This document shows positions 40,101 to 54,336 of a DNA stretch of 64,000 bases, one piece after another. Both the position numbers and the translations under genes were made by a program. The stretch spans positions 36,642,001 through 36,706,000 of the forward strand of contig NC_043008.1 in the NCBI RefSeq assembly GCF_006345805.1, in the 5' to 3' direction. The notes under the pieces were generated by a model. It worked only from the letters and a program-made list of their open reading frames with translations. It did not search any database and had not been told where the DNA came from. Position 1 is the first letter of the stretch. Every line of letters starts with the position of its first letter. The DNA is from Octopus sinensis (taxonomy: Eukaryota).

Positions 40101-40944
40101 AAAGAAAAGAAAAATGCTGGCCATGTATTTCTTAATTAAATTTTTTTTTAATCACTAACAATTTTGAGGGATTTTGTAAAATAGTTAACTTTGTAATTCA
40201 TCATCATGATTATCATCATCACCATCGTTTCAATGTCCACTTTTCCATGCTTGCTTGGGTCAAACAGATTTTGCTGAGGTAGATTTTCTATTGGCTGGAT
40301 GCCCTTCTATGTCATCAACCTTCACCTGATTCCAAACAGGATGATATTTCACCATGGCCAGACATATTTTTCACAGAAGGCTGAAATAAACAACACCGCC
40401 TGTATGACAGTGATGTTCACTTACAACCATCCGTTATTTTTAAGACAAATGTACAAATACACACACACACACACACATGATTATATGACAGGCTTCTTTT
40501 AGTTTCCAACTACCAAATTCACTAGCAAGGCTATTTTCAGCCCTGCATTATAGCAGAAAATCCTCGCCATTGGTGCTGCGCTATAGGATTGAACCTGAAT
40601 CCACTTGTCTTGGAAGAAAGCTTCTCAATCACAAAGCTATGCCTGCATCTCATTATTAATACAATATCTGAATTGTTAGCTGGCAGAATTGTTAGCACTC
40701 CAGACAAAATGTTTAGCAGCATTTTGTCCTTACATTCTGAGTTCAAATTCTGCTGAGGTTGACTTGGCCTTTCATCCTTTCAGGGTCGATAAATAAAGTA
40801 CCAGTTGAACACTGGGGTCGATATAATCGACTAGCCCCCCCATCCTCCGAATTTCAAACCTTGTGCCTATAGTAGAAAGGATTATTAATATAATATTTGG
40901 AACATTGCATAACAAAAAATTCTTACGTAAAATTCTTTTTTTTT

Positions 40945-41408
40945 TCTTTTACTTGTTTCAGTCATTTGACTGAGGCCATGTTGGAGCATCACCTTTAATT
41001 GAACAAATCGACCCCAGAACTTATTCTTTGTTAGCCTAGTACTTATTCTATCAGTCTCTTTTGCCAAACCACTAAGTTACAGGGATGTAAACACACCAGC
41101 ATCGGTTGTCAAACGATGTTGGGGGGGGACAAACATACACACACGCGCGCACGCACACACACACACACATAAACACACACACACATGCACACACACATAC
41201 ACACACGCACACACACACACACACACGCACACAAACACACACACATATACAACAGGCTTCTTTCAGTTTCCGTCTATCAAATCCACTCACAAGGCTTTGG
41301 TTGGCCCAAGGCTATAGTAGAAGAAACTTGCCCAAGGTGCCACGAAGTGGGACTGAACCTGGAACCATGTGGCTGGTAAGCAAGCTACTTACCACACAGC
41401 CACTCCTG
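40945..41408 (-). mobile_element. SINE family A (further copies 42714-43090 -, 47102-47480 -, 49455-49855 +, 63818-64000 - partial)
   Basis: Colinear with the family A copies above. Confidence 0.85.
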
Positions 41409-42038
41409 GCAGTTGTTTTAAAATCTTGATGCACACACATTAAATTGGAAATTTTGCTTCATCGAAAATTAGATGGTGTTGGTCAAGGTGATGTAAAAAG
41501 GGATCAATATCTCCACAGACATAGATCTAAATACGTAACACCATTGGTTGGGTGGCATGTTTTAATTCATTGTTGTAAACAGTGGCAGCACTGAAATATT
41601 TGCTGAATGTTTTTCTGGGTATAATGTAGGCTGAGGGTAGTAAATGATAAACCACTGCCTGAGTATTTGTTTGTTGTGTCCCTACAAGATGAAGGCGTCC
41701 TTTCTGCTGTCCATTTTGTAGTTGATTAGGGTTATGAATTATAGACCTTAACAGCTACACCACAACTATCAATATCATCACCATCAATACCTATATAATA
41801 AGGGAGTTTCCATGTGGCTGCTTGATCTGAAAGAAATAGCAGCCAAATCCCTCTTGTATCACGTATTTCCCCATTATTTATATGGTAAAAGCACATCAGC
41901 ATAATGTGATCCTGGATGAACATGACCTGAAAATAAATGATGGTGCGGTCGCCATTGGAATGTCTCTGATCATTGGCCTGTTTGATCAGAGCTGAACTGG
42001 GGGCTAAGCAGTGCCATTCCTAATGCTCCAATCATAAC

Positions 42039-42675
42039 TACCACCACCACCACCACCACCACCACCACCACCACCACCACCTTCACCACTATTGTTTCAG
42101 CCCAAACTGTTGCCTATACTGCCACAAACATTATCATCATCATTACCAGTGCTGCAACTTCAGCTCCTCTCACCACTAACAACACTACTACCTTCAATGT
42201 TGCAGCCACAACTACTACCAACATCACCACTAATACTACAACTATTACTACTGATACTACAGCTGCTGTCACCACCACTGTTACCACCACCACCACCACC
42301 ACCACTCATCACCATTGCTGCCACTGCCACCACTACCACCACCGCTGCCACTACCACCACCGCTGCCACTACCACCACCGCAGCCACTACCACCACCACT
42401 GCCACCATTACCACTGCCACCATCACCTCCACCACCACATCCACCACTGCTACCACCACCACCACCTCCACCACTGCTACCACCACCTCCACCACTGCTA
42501 CCACCACCTCCACCACTGCTGCTACCACCACCACCACTACTGCTACCACCACCATCACCACCTCCTTTGCGGCCAACACCTCCTCCACCACAACTGCCAC
42601 CACCATCACCTCCTTCACGACCACCACCTCCACCACAACCAACACCTCCATCACCAGTGCCACCATCACCACCAA
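42039..42675. repeat. Degenerate (ACC)n trinucleotide repeat; similar tract at 60327-60560
   Basis: Low complexity. Source of the spurious poly-T/P/G/H/V ORFs. Confidence 0.9.
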
Positions 42676-42885
42676 CATTTGTACTTAAATGTATCAAAAT
42701 CAAGAGTGTTATTAGTCAGTGGCCATGTTGGAGCATTGCTTCAAAAAATTTTAGTCCTTTTTTTATATAAAGCCTGGTACTTATTTTATCAATCTCTTTT
42801 GCCAAAATGCTGAGTTTGGTGGATGTAAATACACCAACACCAACTGTCAAGTGGCGGTAGTGGGTAAACACAGACACAAAGATAC

Positions 42886-42925
<40 letters not shown>

Positions 42926-43659
42926 GCAATGGGCTTCTTTCAGTTTCCATCAACCAAATTCGTTTGCAAGGTTTTGGTTGACCAGAGGCTATAGTAGAAG
43001 GCACTCGTTCCAAGGTGCCTCTGAGTGGGACTGAACGTGGAACCATGTGGTTGGGAAGCAAACTTCTTACCATACAGCCACATCTGTGCCTATATATACC
43101 GTTTTCTAACATAGGCATGAGGCCACACCTTTGAGTAAAGGAAAGGTTGATTAAATCAGCAACAGTTCATAACTGGTATTTTATTTTATCAACCACTGAA
43201 GGATGAATGGCAAAGTTGACCTTTGCAGGATTCTAACTCAGATTACGAAAAGAAGCAAGTAATTCTTGCCAGGTATTTGTGTATAACTCTTTAATAATTC
43301 CGATGATCCATCATCCTTAACCTGGTTATCATACTGATGTCTTTCTTTCATGTTTATCTTGTTCATGAACCTTTACCTGATTCAAGTATTACCTTGTGTT
43401 ATTGAGTAAGACAACTTAATTGTACAATGTGATCTGTAGGAGTTAACTGTAATGGCATGGTATTTCTTTGCCAGAAGGATATTTATTTCATCTATTTATT
43501 TAATCTGCTAAATCTAAAGCTGAATCTAAGCTTCAAGGGCTTCTTTGATGTTTGTCAGGATTAAATTTAATTCCCTCGTTTGATCATGTTGTTAATAATA
43601 AATATCAGATTATTGAGTAATATTCCCTCAAGTTGTCTCGTTTTCTATTGAGGGAGAGA

Positions 43660-44305
43660 TCCATATTTCATGTATTTAATATTACTGAACCTTGAATGAA
43701 TGAAGGAGGTTCAACTTTCATATACTTAACACTACTGAATATTGAATGAAAGAAGAAGATTAATCTCTCATATTATTAATATTACTGAATATTGAGCCAA
43801 GGAAGAAAGTTCATCATTTATATATTTAACGTTTACTGAACCATGAGTCAAGTGAGATGATTCATTTCTCATATACTTAATATTCTTGCATCTTGAGTCT
43901 GGGAAGTAGTTGTGTGTCTCTTATTCTCAACATCACTGAGCCTTGGTTCAAGGCTCAGTGATGCTATATATCTAGAATCATTGAAGGAGGTCTATCTCTC
44001 ATATACTTAATATTGGCACAAGGCCAGCAAGTTTGGAGGAGTGGGGTTAGTTGATTGCATCAACCACAATGCTCAACTGGTACTTATTTTATTGACCCCG
44101 AAAAGGTGAAAGGCCAGGTCAACCTTGGCGGAATTTGAACTCAGAATGTAAAGATGGACGAAATGCCACTAAATATTTTGCTGAATGTGCTAAGAATTCT
44201 GCCAGCTCGCTGTCTTATTTCATATACTTGATATTACTGTACTTTGAGCTAAAAAAGGAGGTTCATCTCTCATAGTTTTAACACCTCTGAACCTTGAGCT
44301 AATGA
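43660..44305. repeat. Degenerate ~48-bp minisatellite interrupted by a family C SINE
   Basis: Recurrent TCTCATATACTTAATATTACTGAACCTTGA..GAAGGAGGTTCA. TCATATACTT(A/G)ATATT flanks the SINE at 44014-44216. Confidence 0.75.
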
Positions 44306-45049
44306 AAAATCCTCCATGTGATCTCTCAATGTGTTAAAAGTCTTTCTCAAAATCATAATTTATTGTCTTGAAAGAGAATGCATTAGTGAATGTTATCCTA
44401 GATATACTATGTCTGAAAGAAGATGAGATGGCCATGGGTAGAATTCCTTGGATCAGTCAGGGCTAATCTGGGGACTAAATATAGTATTTACTGCAATTGA
44501 ACCAAGAAGTAGGGGGTCATGCTTTCTTGACATTACTCTTCTTCAATATGTTTCAGTTTTTATAATTGTTTGACCCAGATCAATCATGTTAGAACAGATA
44601 TGTGGTCAATGCGATTAAGCTCTTCCATTCATGACCATCACATCCATTTTAGTCATTGTGCACTCTAGACTACATTATCTAATGTGTCCTTTCCTGTTGC
44701 AAGACACTAGAGTATGATTGGGTGTAAGTTTGGCTGCTATTTCTAGCATTTCTTGTGGTTGTGTAGTTATACCCTTGTTCAATTGACCATTCTCTAGACA
44801 TTATTCAATAGTTTCATCTGGATGAAGACACTTCATGCATAGCTTTTGCAAGCCCTGTCAAACCAATGAGACACTATTCCCATGGCAAGATATGGCCTTT
44901 AAGATCTTCATAGGTCTCACAAAACCTGTGAGATCCTGTCTCCATGGCCTTCAACCTAACAAGGTCAGTGATATATTGTCCCCATTGTCTTTATAGGCCC
45001 TGCAAGATCAAATAAATATTGTCCCCAAGGCATTCATAGCTCCTGCAAA

Positions 45050-45300
45050 ACCAGTGTGACCAATATGGCTGATGATCTTGGACTATTGTCAGGAGAATTC
45101 TTGAAGGGCTTAGTAGTTAGTGTGAGGTGTGGGGGATGAGTGGAGAAAATTGTAAATGAGTTGGGTGGGCATGAGTGGAAGAGATAGAAGACCAGTGAGC
45201 TCTGAAGAAGCGGGACCACTATAGAAATAGCAGAAAAGACTGAGAGCGGAGGCAGTATGTCTGCGGGCTAGTGTTTGGAGTGCTTTGGTGAAGAATAATG
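45050..45300 (-). mobile_element. Decayed CR1/Jockey-group LINE fragment
   Basis: LQTLARRHTASALSLFCYFYSGPASSELTGLL resembles LQPLSHRRNVASLSLFYRYY..CSSEL. Confidence 0.45.
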
Positions 45301-45399
45301 CCATACAAATCCTTGTTTGTTTAACTTCAGGTATGAGCCATCTTTTGTTTTACATTATTAATTCATCATCATCATCATCTTCATTTAAAGTTCATTCGA

Positions 45400-46050
45400 T
45401 GACTGGCATCCGTGCTAGTGGAGCGCTAAGAGTACCATACAAGCATGATTGCTGCCAGAGCAACAAGCTGCCTCCATGCCGATGGCATGTAAAAAGCACC
45501 ATTCAAGCGTGATCATTACCTGTGTCACTTTACTGGCACTTGTGCTGGTGGCACATGAAAAATCATTCGAGTTCGTCGCCAGTGCTGCTGGACTGGCTCC
45601 TGTGCAGGTGGCACATGAAAAGCACCATTTGAGTGTGTCTGTTGCCAGTACCGCCTGACTGACCCTCGTGCTGGTGACATGTAAAAGCACCCACTACACT
45701 CTCGGAGTGGTTGGCATTAGGAAGGGCATCCAACTGCAGAAACTCTGCCAGATCAGATTGGAGTCTGGTGTAGCCATCTGGTTCGCCAGACCTCAGTCAA
45801 ATGGTCCAACCCATGCTAGCATGGAAAGTGGACGTTAAACAATGATGATGATGATGATGTCCATGCTGGCATGGGTTGGACAGTTTAACCAGGGCTGGTA
45901 AGCTGAAAGGCTGCACCAGACTCCAGTCTGATTTGGCATGGTTTCCACTGCTGGATGCCCTTCCTAGTGCCATCCACTCCATGAGTGTAGTGGGTGCTTT
46001 TGTGTGCCACCAGCATGGGTGCCAGTTGCATGACACCTGTACCAGCTTCC
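45400..46050. mobile_element. Two RTE 3' tails joined tail-to-tail (45400-45859 +, 45860-46050 -)
   Basis: The + copy ends in (GAT)n and is followed immediately by a reverse-complement tail. Confidence 0.82.
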
Positions 46051-47836
46051 TGCACTAATAATCAGTTTAATTAATCCTAACATTGAAAATAATCATTAAT
46101 TTGACAACAGTCCTTTAAAAAATACAGGAACTATAGGTTTGAATCTCATGGGCAGCCTTCTACTTTTTCAGTCCAAAAAGGGTTTTGCAAGCCAATACAT
46201 ACTTGCCATTATTTATAACTTTACGTGCTTCCAGATGCATTGTACCAGAAAAAAAAAAAATTCCCAATATAGATATCTTTTGATATCTAAATTTTAGTTC
46301 TGAGTTCATTGCATTAATCAGATGAGAAATTGGTTTGCCCGAGGATAAGATCTCACGTAACTTTTCTCATAAGGTCTGGTATTTGTTCCTGATAGTTAAT
46401 GTGAACTGAAGTGTATAGATTTAAGTGTACTGGCTAAATACAAGACAGAATACTTGCAATAGATTTAAACCCAAAACATTATGAGCTGGTAATTCATAAA
46501 TATATCCACTTAGTCATTTCAGTTCTGTATATCTGACAAGTTGTCTGTTATACTTATCTATGCTCATAATTTCTCCTGGTGACATCTGACAAGCAGCATT
46601 ACTGTCAACAAGACAGAAGAAAAGATGGAAAATACAGTGGAATTTCTTAGATAGATTTTATGATATTTCAAGTAATAAATCATTTTAGTACAATAATCAA
46701 GTGGATGCACTTAACTTCATTTTAAACTCCTGAAGACATTTTAGATGTCAGAGCTGGTAGTACACCAGACAAAATGCATTCTGCTATTTAGCTGCATCCC
46801 TAATATCATTTGTCTTGAGGTCCTGGGGGTCAATAAAATACATGTCAATTAAGTAGTGGGGGTTGATTAAATTGACTACACTGTTCAATCAGAATTTATA
46901 CCCTTTATATCCTAATTTAGAATTCCTTTTTGGTAGAGAATACCTTGTGATAATTTGTTATGGTTTACTCTACTCTGAGATCAACTCCTGCCAAGGCCAC
47001 TGTAGCTTTTTGTTCTTCTGGAATCAATAAATAAAGCAACAAACCAAAATACTGGTGTCAGTTCTCACAGAAAAGGGCATTGGACAAACTGCTTTACTCC
47101 CTCTTTTTACTCTTTTACTTGTTTCAATCATTTGACTGTGGCCATGCTGGAGCATTGCCTTTTTAGTCGAGCAAATCGACCCCAGGACTTATTCTTTGTA
47201 AGCCTAGTACTTATTCTATCGGTGTCATTTGCCGAACTGCTAAATTATGGGGACGTAAACACACCAGCATTGGTTGTCAATGGACGTTGGGGGGACAAAC
47301 ACACACACACACACACACACATCCATATATACGACGGGCTTTTTTCAGTTTCCGTCTACCAAATTCACTCACAAGGCCTTGGTCAGCCTGAGGCTATAGT
47401 AGAAAACACTTGCCCAAGGTCCCATGCAGTGGGACTGAACCCAGAACCATGTGGTTGGTAAGCAAGCTACTTACCACACATGCCTTTTACATTGTGAGTT
47501 TAAATTCCACCGTGTAAACTTTGTCTTTCACCCATCTGGAGTTGATAAAATAAAGTACCAGTTATGTACTGAAGTTGATACAATCGACTGCTCTCCCCAC
47601 CATCTCCCACTCCAAAATTGCTAGACTTGCACCTGATTTAGAAGTAATTAATATAGTACAGACATGGATACTTGACTTAGAAGTTCACTTTGTAACCAAA
47701 TGGTTGCAGGTTCAGTCTCACTGTGCGCCACCTTGGACAAGTGCCTTCTACTCTAGCCCCAGGCTGACTAATGCCCTCTGAGTGAATTTGGTAGAGGGGA
47801 AACGATGAAAGCTCATTATCTATCTGTCTGTCTGTC

Positions 47837-47910
<74 letters not shown>

Positions 47911-47915
47911 CACAC

Positions 47916-48470
47916 ACAGGGTGTGGTGAATAAACTGTTGTCTAAATTACGCAAAAATGAAAATAACACTGTCATCTCATTTTAACAGATATATTTACCA
48001 AAATTACATAAAAGAATATCTTGAAATGCTAAAGAGTAAATTTATTCAATAAAATCGCTGTTGGTTTTAACCATGGCCTCCAGATGACTTCAGAATCTCC
48101 CTCAACTCTTCTGAATGATCTCCTTGTTAAGTCGGTGAATGCTGTCATAATCCTTGTCTTCAGTCAATCTTTGGTGTTACAAAGAGTTTTGTTGGTCTCT
48201 CGTTCGACTGCACTTCACACATAATAATCAAGGGGGTTGTAGTCTGGGAGTTAGGTGGCCAGGTGTTAGGGGTGATGTAGTTGCATAAATTGTCTGACAG
48301 CCATGATTGGGTTCTCTTGATTGTGTGGCATGGTGCAGAGTGATGTTGCCAGACATAGGATATTCCAGCAGCCACCCTCTTGAGCCAGGGCAGCACTACC
48401 TTCTCCAGGCACTTGATGTAGGCTTCTGTGTTGAGTCTGAGACCATGTGGGAAGATGAATGGAGGCATAT
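47916..48470 (-). mobile_element. DD37D (maT-like) Tc1/mariner transposon, 3' fragment
   Basis: HGLRLNTEAYIKCLEKVVLPWLKRVAAGISYVWQHHSAPCHT..WPPNS. TIR CAGGGTGTGGTGAATAAA at ~47917. Confidence 0.82.
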
Positions 48471-50944
48471 TGAATTCCTTTCTAGTTCGTCTGTCTAGCT
48501 TTGCCAATTGAGGTTTTGTCCATGTTGTTGTTGTTGTTGTTGTTGTTAAGATGGTGAGCTGGTAGAGTCGTTATTGCCCTGGATAAAATGCTTAATGGCA
48601 TTTTGTCTGTCGTTATGATTGGAATTCAAATTGCACTCGTCAACTTTGCCTTTCATCCTTTTGGGGGCTGATAAAATAAGTACCAGTTGAACACTGGGGT
48701 TAATGGAATTGCTGGCCTCGTGCCAAAATATGAAATCATTATTATTGATATTGTTGCCATTATCATCATGACCATCATCATGATCAACATCATCATCATC
48801 ATCATCATCATCATCCTCATCACCACCACCACCACCATCATCATCACCACCACAACCATCATGATCATCATGATCATGATGATGATCATCATCATATGTT
48901 CTGAATTCATATTCTGATACAATCGTATTTGTATTTTATTCTTCTGGGATATTCATTAAGCATTTGATAAGTCTTTCAGAATTTAATTATGCTCCTTTAC
49001 CATCTCTATTCAAATTTACCAATTTCAATTTTGCCTTTACATATACATCTTGAGCAAGGCTGGTGTAACTACCAGAGCATGGGTAAACCTGTGCTGAGAA
49101 AAATAACCATTCTTTGTAAGATTTTATAGACTTTAAGAGAAAGTGAAATAAAAATTTTTTTTGGAATGGTAAGTGTTGAAGTAGTTAAAATTATAAATAA
49201 TGACATGCAAATATTGGTTTACAAAAAAAAAAATTCTTCAATAGAAAAAGTTGAAGTCTGCCTATAAGGTCTGAAAGCCTGTCATATTTACAGGAGATGT
49301 GTGTTCAAGTCCCATGGGCAACCTTTGAATTTTTCTAGCCAAGGGCTTTATGTAACCCAATATTTAGATGCTATCATTTATAGCTTTAGCTGCTTCATGA
49401 TCCACTAATCCAAAAAAAAGAATCATTCTGTAATTTTTTTTCAAATTTCTAGGTAGGCATAGGAGTGACTGTGTGGTAAGTAGCTTGCTTACGAACCACA
49501 TGGTTCCAGGTTCAGTCCTATTGTGTAACACCTTGGGCAAGTGTCTTCTGCTATAGCCTCGGGCTGACCAAAGCCTTGTGAGTGGATTTGGTAGACGGAA
49601 ACTGAAAGAAGCCCGTTGTATATATGTGTGTAAATATATATGTATGTGTGTCTGTGTTTGTCTCCTCAACATTGCTTGACAACTGATGCTGGTGTGTTTA
49701 TGTCCCTGTAACGTAGCAGTTCAGCAAAAGAGAATGATAGAATAGGCACTCAGCTTACAAAGAATAAGTCCTGGGATCGATTTGCTCGACTAAAGGTGGT
49801 GCTCCAGCATGGCCACAGTCAAATAACTGAAACAATTCAAAGAGTAAAAGAGTAGAGAGTATGCATGTATGCAGCAATCATATACAGCAATATTAATTGA
49901 AATGTTACAATATATTAATTAACAGTAGGTTTAATGTTCTAAATTCTAAAGCACCAAACGCAGCACAAAGAATGATGTTTTAAACTCAATGACACTTGTT
50001 ACCTTGCATCTTAATGAACAGGTGGGTTCTATTTTGCTTTAAAAAATCTCAGAGATGTCAGGCAAGATCAATGATGCAAAGATTCTAAGCTGGTTCACCA
50101 GATTACTATTTGTACATTTAGCATGCAAGAGATTCCTTGGATAAATTTCACATTGGTATATCGTAGAAAGCAGTGACAGAAATTTCAGTGCATGATTCTT
50201 TAAAAATGAATATTATTCATCATCTATAATGGCATCTATAAAATTCCAAAACAGATAAACTAATATGTTTGGATAACGATGTTTTATCCAATTGTAAATA
50301 AATTGAGTTGCAAGGAATTTGAATCCTCATTTGGCATCACATCAAAAGGAGTTTTGCATATTCATAGATTGAGCTCATAGTTTTATCAATTTCAAAATCT
50401 CTTTTGAAATTTGTCCAAAAGACTGAAATATTCTGAAATATTCATGGCACATTTTCTCATACAGAAACCATTGATTCTAGTTCCTGTGTTTGAAAATGTT
50501 CCATGCTGATGAGTTAGGAACAATTGCAGCATTGATCCCAAACTCCTAATATTGGTAAAAAGAGAGGTAATAAGCTGTTTCAGCCCTTATAATTTCAAAC
50601 TTAGATCATTGAAATGGCAAGTAACATTGGCCAAAATACCGAATCCCACCTATTTTTGGTGGGATTCATAATAGAAATCTCTTTAATCCTTTATCATTCT
50701 GATTATTTTGTCAAATGAACAGCATATTTATTCACATTGTTTTGAATTAATCATGCATAATCTCATAACTTTGAGATTTTGATGATGTGATTGATTGCTT
50801 AATTTTAGTATGACATTGTAGGGTAGGTGTGAGAGGCTGGATATGATTAGTTTGGACATAAATCAAGTAGAATATTTGGGCCGGATGTGGTCAGTTTAAA
50901 TGCTACAGGGTTAATATCCACAGAAAGTTTCACTTTATTTTCAA

Positions 50945-51317
50945 ACGAGCAAAACGCCCTCCACCGTCCAATGAACGGTGCTGTGTTGTCAAATATTTAA
51001 ACCAAATTTTCTCAAAACAACTTGTCTGACCGTCCCATAGGCCTCCCCTTTGTGAAATACTGATTTAACCTAAATTTGAGACACCAGCAAAAAAAGAAAT
51101 AAAAATAGACTTTTTCTCTGTTCCAAAGAAAAACTATTTTGTTCAGTTTGTCAATCGCATTCTCACCTAGAATCGATTTTTGTAATTTTTTCAAGACTTA
51201 TACACACCCTGATACCGTTGGTATCTACATATCAAATTTGAGCGTAATCGGATGGGGGGTGCCTGAAATCCTAGAAGACACACACAGACAGACAGAATGG
51301 ATTTTATATAATAGATC
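50945..51317 (+). mobile_element. Possible Helentron-associated (HINE/DINE-1-like) element
   Basis: Ends ..CAAATTTGAGCGTAATCGGATG..ACACACAGACAGACAGA..TTTTATATAATAGAT, the usual HINE 3' pattern. Confidence 0.4.
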
Positions 51318-52464
51318 ATAGGAGTGTTTGAGCATGCACTCTTTTTATAGCTAGTCACCCTCACAATTATACAAATTAAAAAAAAAAAATCTCTGTTTTG
51401 TCAATCTCCTGTTTTTGATGAAGTTGTACATTTTGTTAATATGGCTTTCATTGTGTTGTTCTTCCTCAGAAAATGTATCCCCATATCTTGTTGATGAATA
51501 TAACAACACGCTATTAGCGATTTGTTATTAAATTTCTCTTGAAATGCATCTGCCATTTTTTTCAATTAATTCTGAAAATAAGAATTGAATAAAATAATCC
51601 CATCATTAAACTGAGGTTTGGAACATAAATTAACCTGAAGTTTTGATGGAAGGTTTTAATTTAATTCACATTAAAACAAGAAGTTTGTATCAAACAAGGC
51701 AGTATTTGGAAGAATGGTATCAGAATGGTTTATGGTTTTAGAATTTGGTTGATGGTTCACTATTTCTAAATTAAGAAACAAGTTTTTATTTATTTATTAT
51801 GATAATTATTTTCTTTTTTGGTGGCAGTGGTGGTTGGTGTTGTAATTTTAACAGGGAGAGAATACCGTCTGTAACAAAGGATGCAGGTGGTATGATAGTA
51901 GTAAGATGTTAAATGGTCAAGTGACCTAAAAGTGACTCGTGGATTACAGCAGTGATTGGGACTGTTTTTTAATGAATTCTTGTGTATCTCTTGAATGTAT
52001 CATTTTTAATATTTACGTGTGTGTTTGTGTTATTCTAAGGCTGTGGTGGATATATTGTTTGTTGTAGATGCATTCAAAAGGGATCTGTATTTTGTAATTA
52101 AGTGAGTGTCTTTACTAATTCATTGGCTACAGGTTGTATCATCCCTGAATTGGTAGAGGGGAAAAATTCTGAAGCTTGGATTTTTTGTTATATACGTATA
52201 GTCTATACACATATATAGTGTGGTTGAAATCCAAGTTGTGTCCTCTTGAAGCACATCTGCGTATTTCGCTATTCCAAATCCATGTGCAGATGTTTTATTT
52301 GTGTGAGGTATGCATGAGGGTTTAAAATACTGGAAACATTTTTTTTGTAGAGTAATAACATCAAAACAGGAAATAGGAAAACTTTTCGGTATTATTCAAT
52401 TCTCTGCTAGAAGAATTTCTAATAGGAGTTACCTATCAGCTTTTCTACTGCATGCTCAATTTTG

Positions 52465-52793
52465 TAACTTCTATTAGCAAAAACCTCTCGAAAGAGCTGT
52501 TCTTCAATCCTGCTCCAGAGCGTCGACTGCGGGGTCACTCCGTAAAGCTCTATCTGCGACGATTTCATCTCAGTCGAAGGAGAGGGGCTTTCTCCGTCCG
52601 GGTTGCGGATCCGTGGAATAAGCTGCCGGACGAGATGGTGAAGATGCCGACGACCGCTCGGTTCAAAGTCTCTCTTGACCAGAAATGGCCTGAACTCTTT
52701 GCATGAACACCCTCCCTGTACATAACTCCATGTCCCCCTACATGGCCTTGCTTTTTGCTTTTTGAGCCAAAAAATTAACTTAACTTAACTTAA
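52465..52793 (+). mobile_element. CR1 LINE 3' end, ORF2 C-terminus open, (TTAAC)n tail
   Basis: LFFNPAPERRLRGHSVKLYLRRFHLSRRRGAFSVRVADPWNKLPDEMV..FKVSLD (RGH and WN.LP motifs). Confidence 0.9.
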
Positions 52794-53275
52794 CATGAAA
52801 TGGTGAATAAATAATAGCCCCCAAATTTTCCAATTTCCTGTTTTGATGTGTGTGTGTGTGTGTGTGTGTGTGTATCTATGCATAATAGCCTTCTGTACAA
52901 TTTCCATCTACCAAATCTTACACTCATGGCATTGGTCAGCCCAAGACTATTGTAGAAGGCATTTGCCCAAGATTCCATAGAGCAGGACTTCTTAACCATG
53001 CAGCCATGCCTTCCTGTATCTGTTCAGTTTTCATCAAATAAAATACTTTCGGCAGCATTTCCTTTTCTTTTATTAGTGTCAGCCATTACAGAAAGGGTTA
53101 CTTTTATACGCTTTATAATATTGATTGAAAAGTCTTAAATAAAAATAGGCAAATGAACCATAAATGTTGCCAGCATTCAAAGTTGTTGCACTTAATTTGT
53201 AACTGACAACTAGCCACCAGGCTAGACAAAACTTAAATTCCTACTGACTGTTCATCACCACTAACAATAACTAAT

Positions 53276-53315
<40 letters not shown>

Positions 53316-53361
53316 TAATAGTACTAATAATAATAATAGTACTAATAATAATTATAATACT

Positions 53362-54123
53362 TGTAAGCTAATAAGTATAAGTGATGAAAATATATCTGTA
53401 AAGGAATTTGACAAACTTAGTAAATAGTAAACAGGAGTGGCTGTGTGGTAAGTAGCTTGCTTACCAACCACATGGCTCTGGGTTCAGTCCCACTGCGTGG
53501 CATCTTGGGCAAGTGTCTTCTGCTATAGCCCTGGGCCAACCAATGCCTTGTGAGTGGATTTGGTAGACGGAAACTGTCGTATATATGTATATATATGTAT
53601 GTGTGTGTATGTGTTTGTGTGTCTGTGTTTGTCCCCCTAGCATTGCTTGACAACCGATGCTGGTGTGTTTACGTCCCCGTCACTTAGCAGTTCGGCAAAA
53701 GAGACCGAAAGAATAAGTACTGGGCTTACAAAGAATAAGTCCCGGGGTCGATTTGCTCGACTAAAGGCGGTGCTCCAGCATGGCCGCAGTCAAATGCCTG
53801 AAACAAGTAAAAGAAAAGAAAGAAAAGTAAAAGAATAAGGACCTGGAAATTGAAATAAAAAAGATGTGGCATCTTAAAGTAAAAATTGTTCCTGTTATTG
53901 TAGGTATCCTTGGCATAATTAAAAAAGGAATGTCAGAAACATCTAGACAACATCCCAGGAGAACCATATCTCAGAGAAATCCAAACGATTGTGCTGACAA
54001 GTACTGCCCACATCCTTAGAAAAATCCTATCGGTTTAAATGTCTGCGTTGTATTACATGAAGATATTTCGCTACTGACCCTGCCACTTCCCTTCTCCAAA
54101 CTTTCATTCATACTGTATCTATA
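53362..54123 (+). mobile_element. Dong/R4-like (RLE-type) LINE 3' fragment between (TAA)n runs, interrupted by a SINE A (53433-53835)
   Basis: SDENISVKEFDKLSK [SINE] KDLEIEIKKMWHLKVKIVPVIVGILGIIKKG..REIQTIVLTSTAHILRKILSV*. (AAT)n at 53277-53360 and 54125-54143. Confidence 0.8.
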
Positions 54124-54289
54124 GTAATAATGATAATAATAATAGATGACATGCACTGCTCTCTTGCTTATATATATATATATATATATACCGGAGTAAA
54201 CACATAAATGTGAAACAAGGTGGAAAAAAGAGTACTCAAATACCAGTGGTAGAATAATATGCTTTATTTAAAGCAGCAGAAAATTCAAC

Positions 54290-54336
54290 AAAACCTGTTA
54301 CTCTGAGTTTCACGTTGCCGTTCGTCGGACAGTTTT
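54290..54336 (-). ncRNA. Minimal type I hammerhead ribozyme motif (U4C core variant) within element 54191-54345
   Basis: 5'-AAAACUGU CCGACGA ACG GCAA CGU GAAA CU CAG AG UA^ACAG G UUUU-3'. Stems I, II and III all pair. Confidence 0.65.

Noticed and set aside
42092-42770. Poly-Thr mucin-like, poly-Pro or poly-Gly ORFs (also poly-His at 60295-60702)
   Set aside because: Degenerate (ACC)n repeat open in most frames. No credible splice sites or codon structure.
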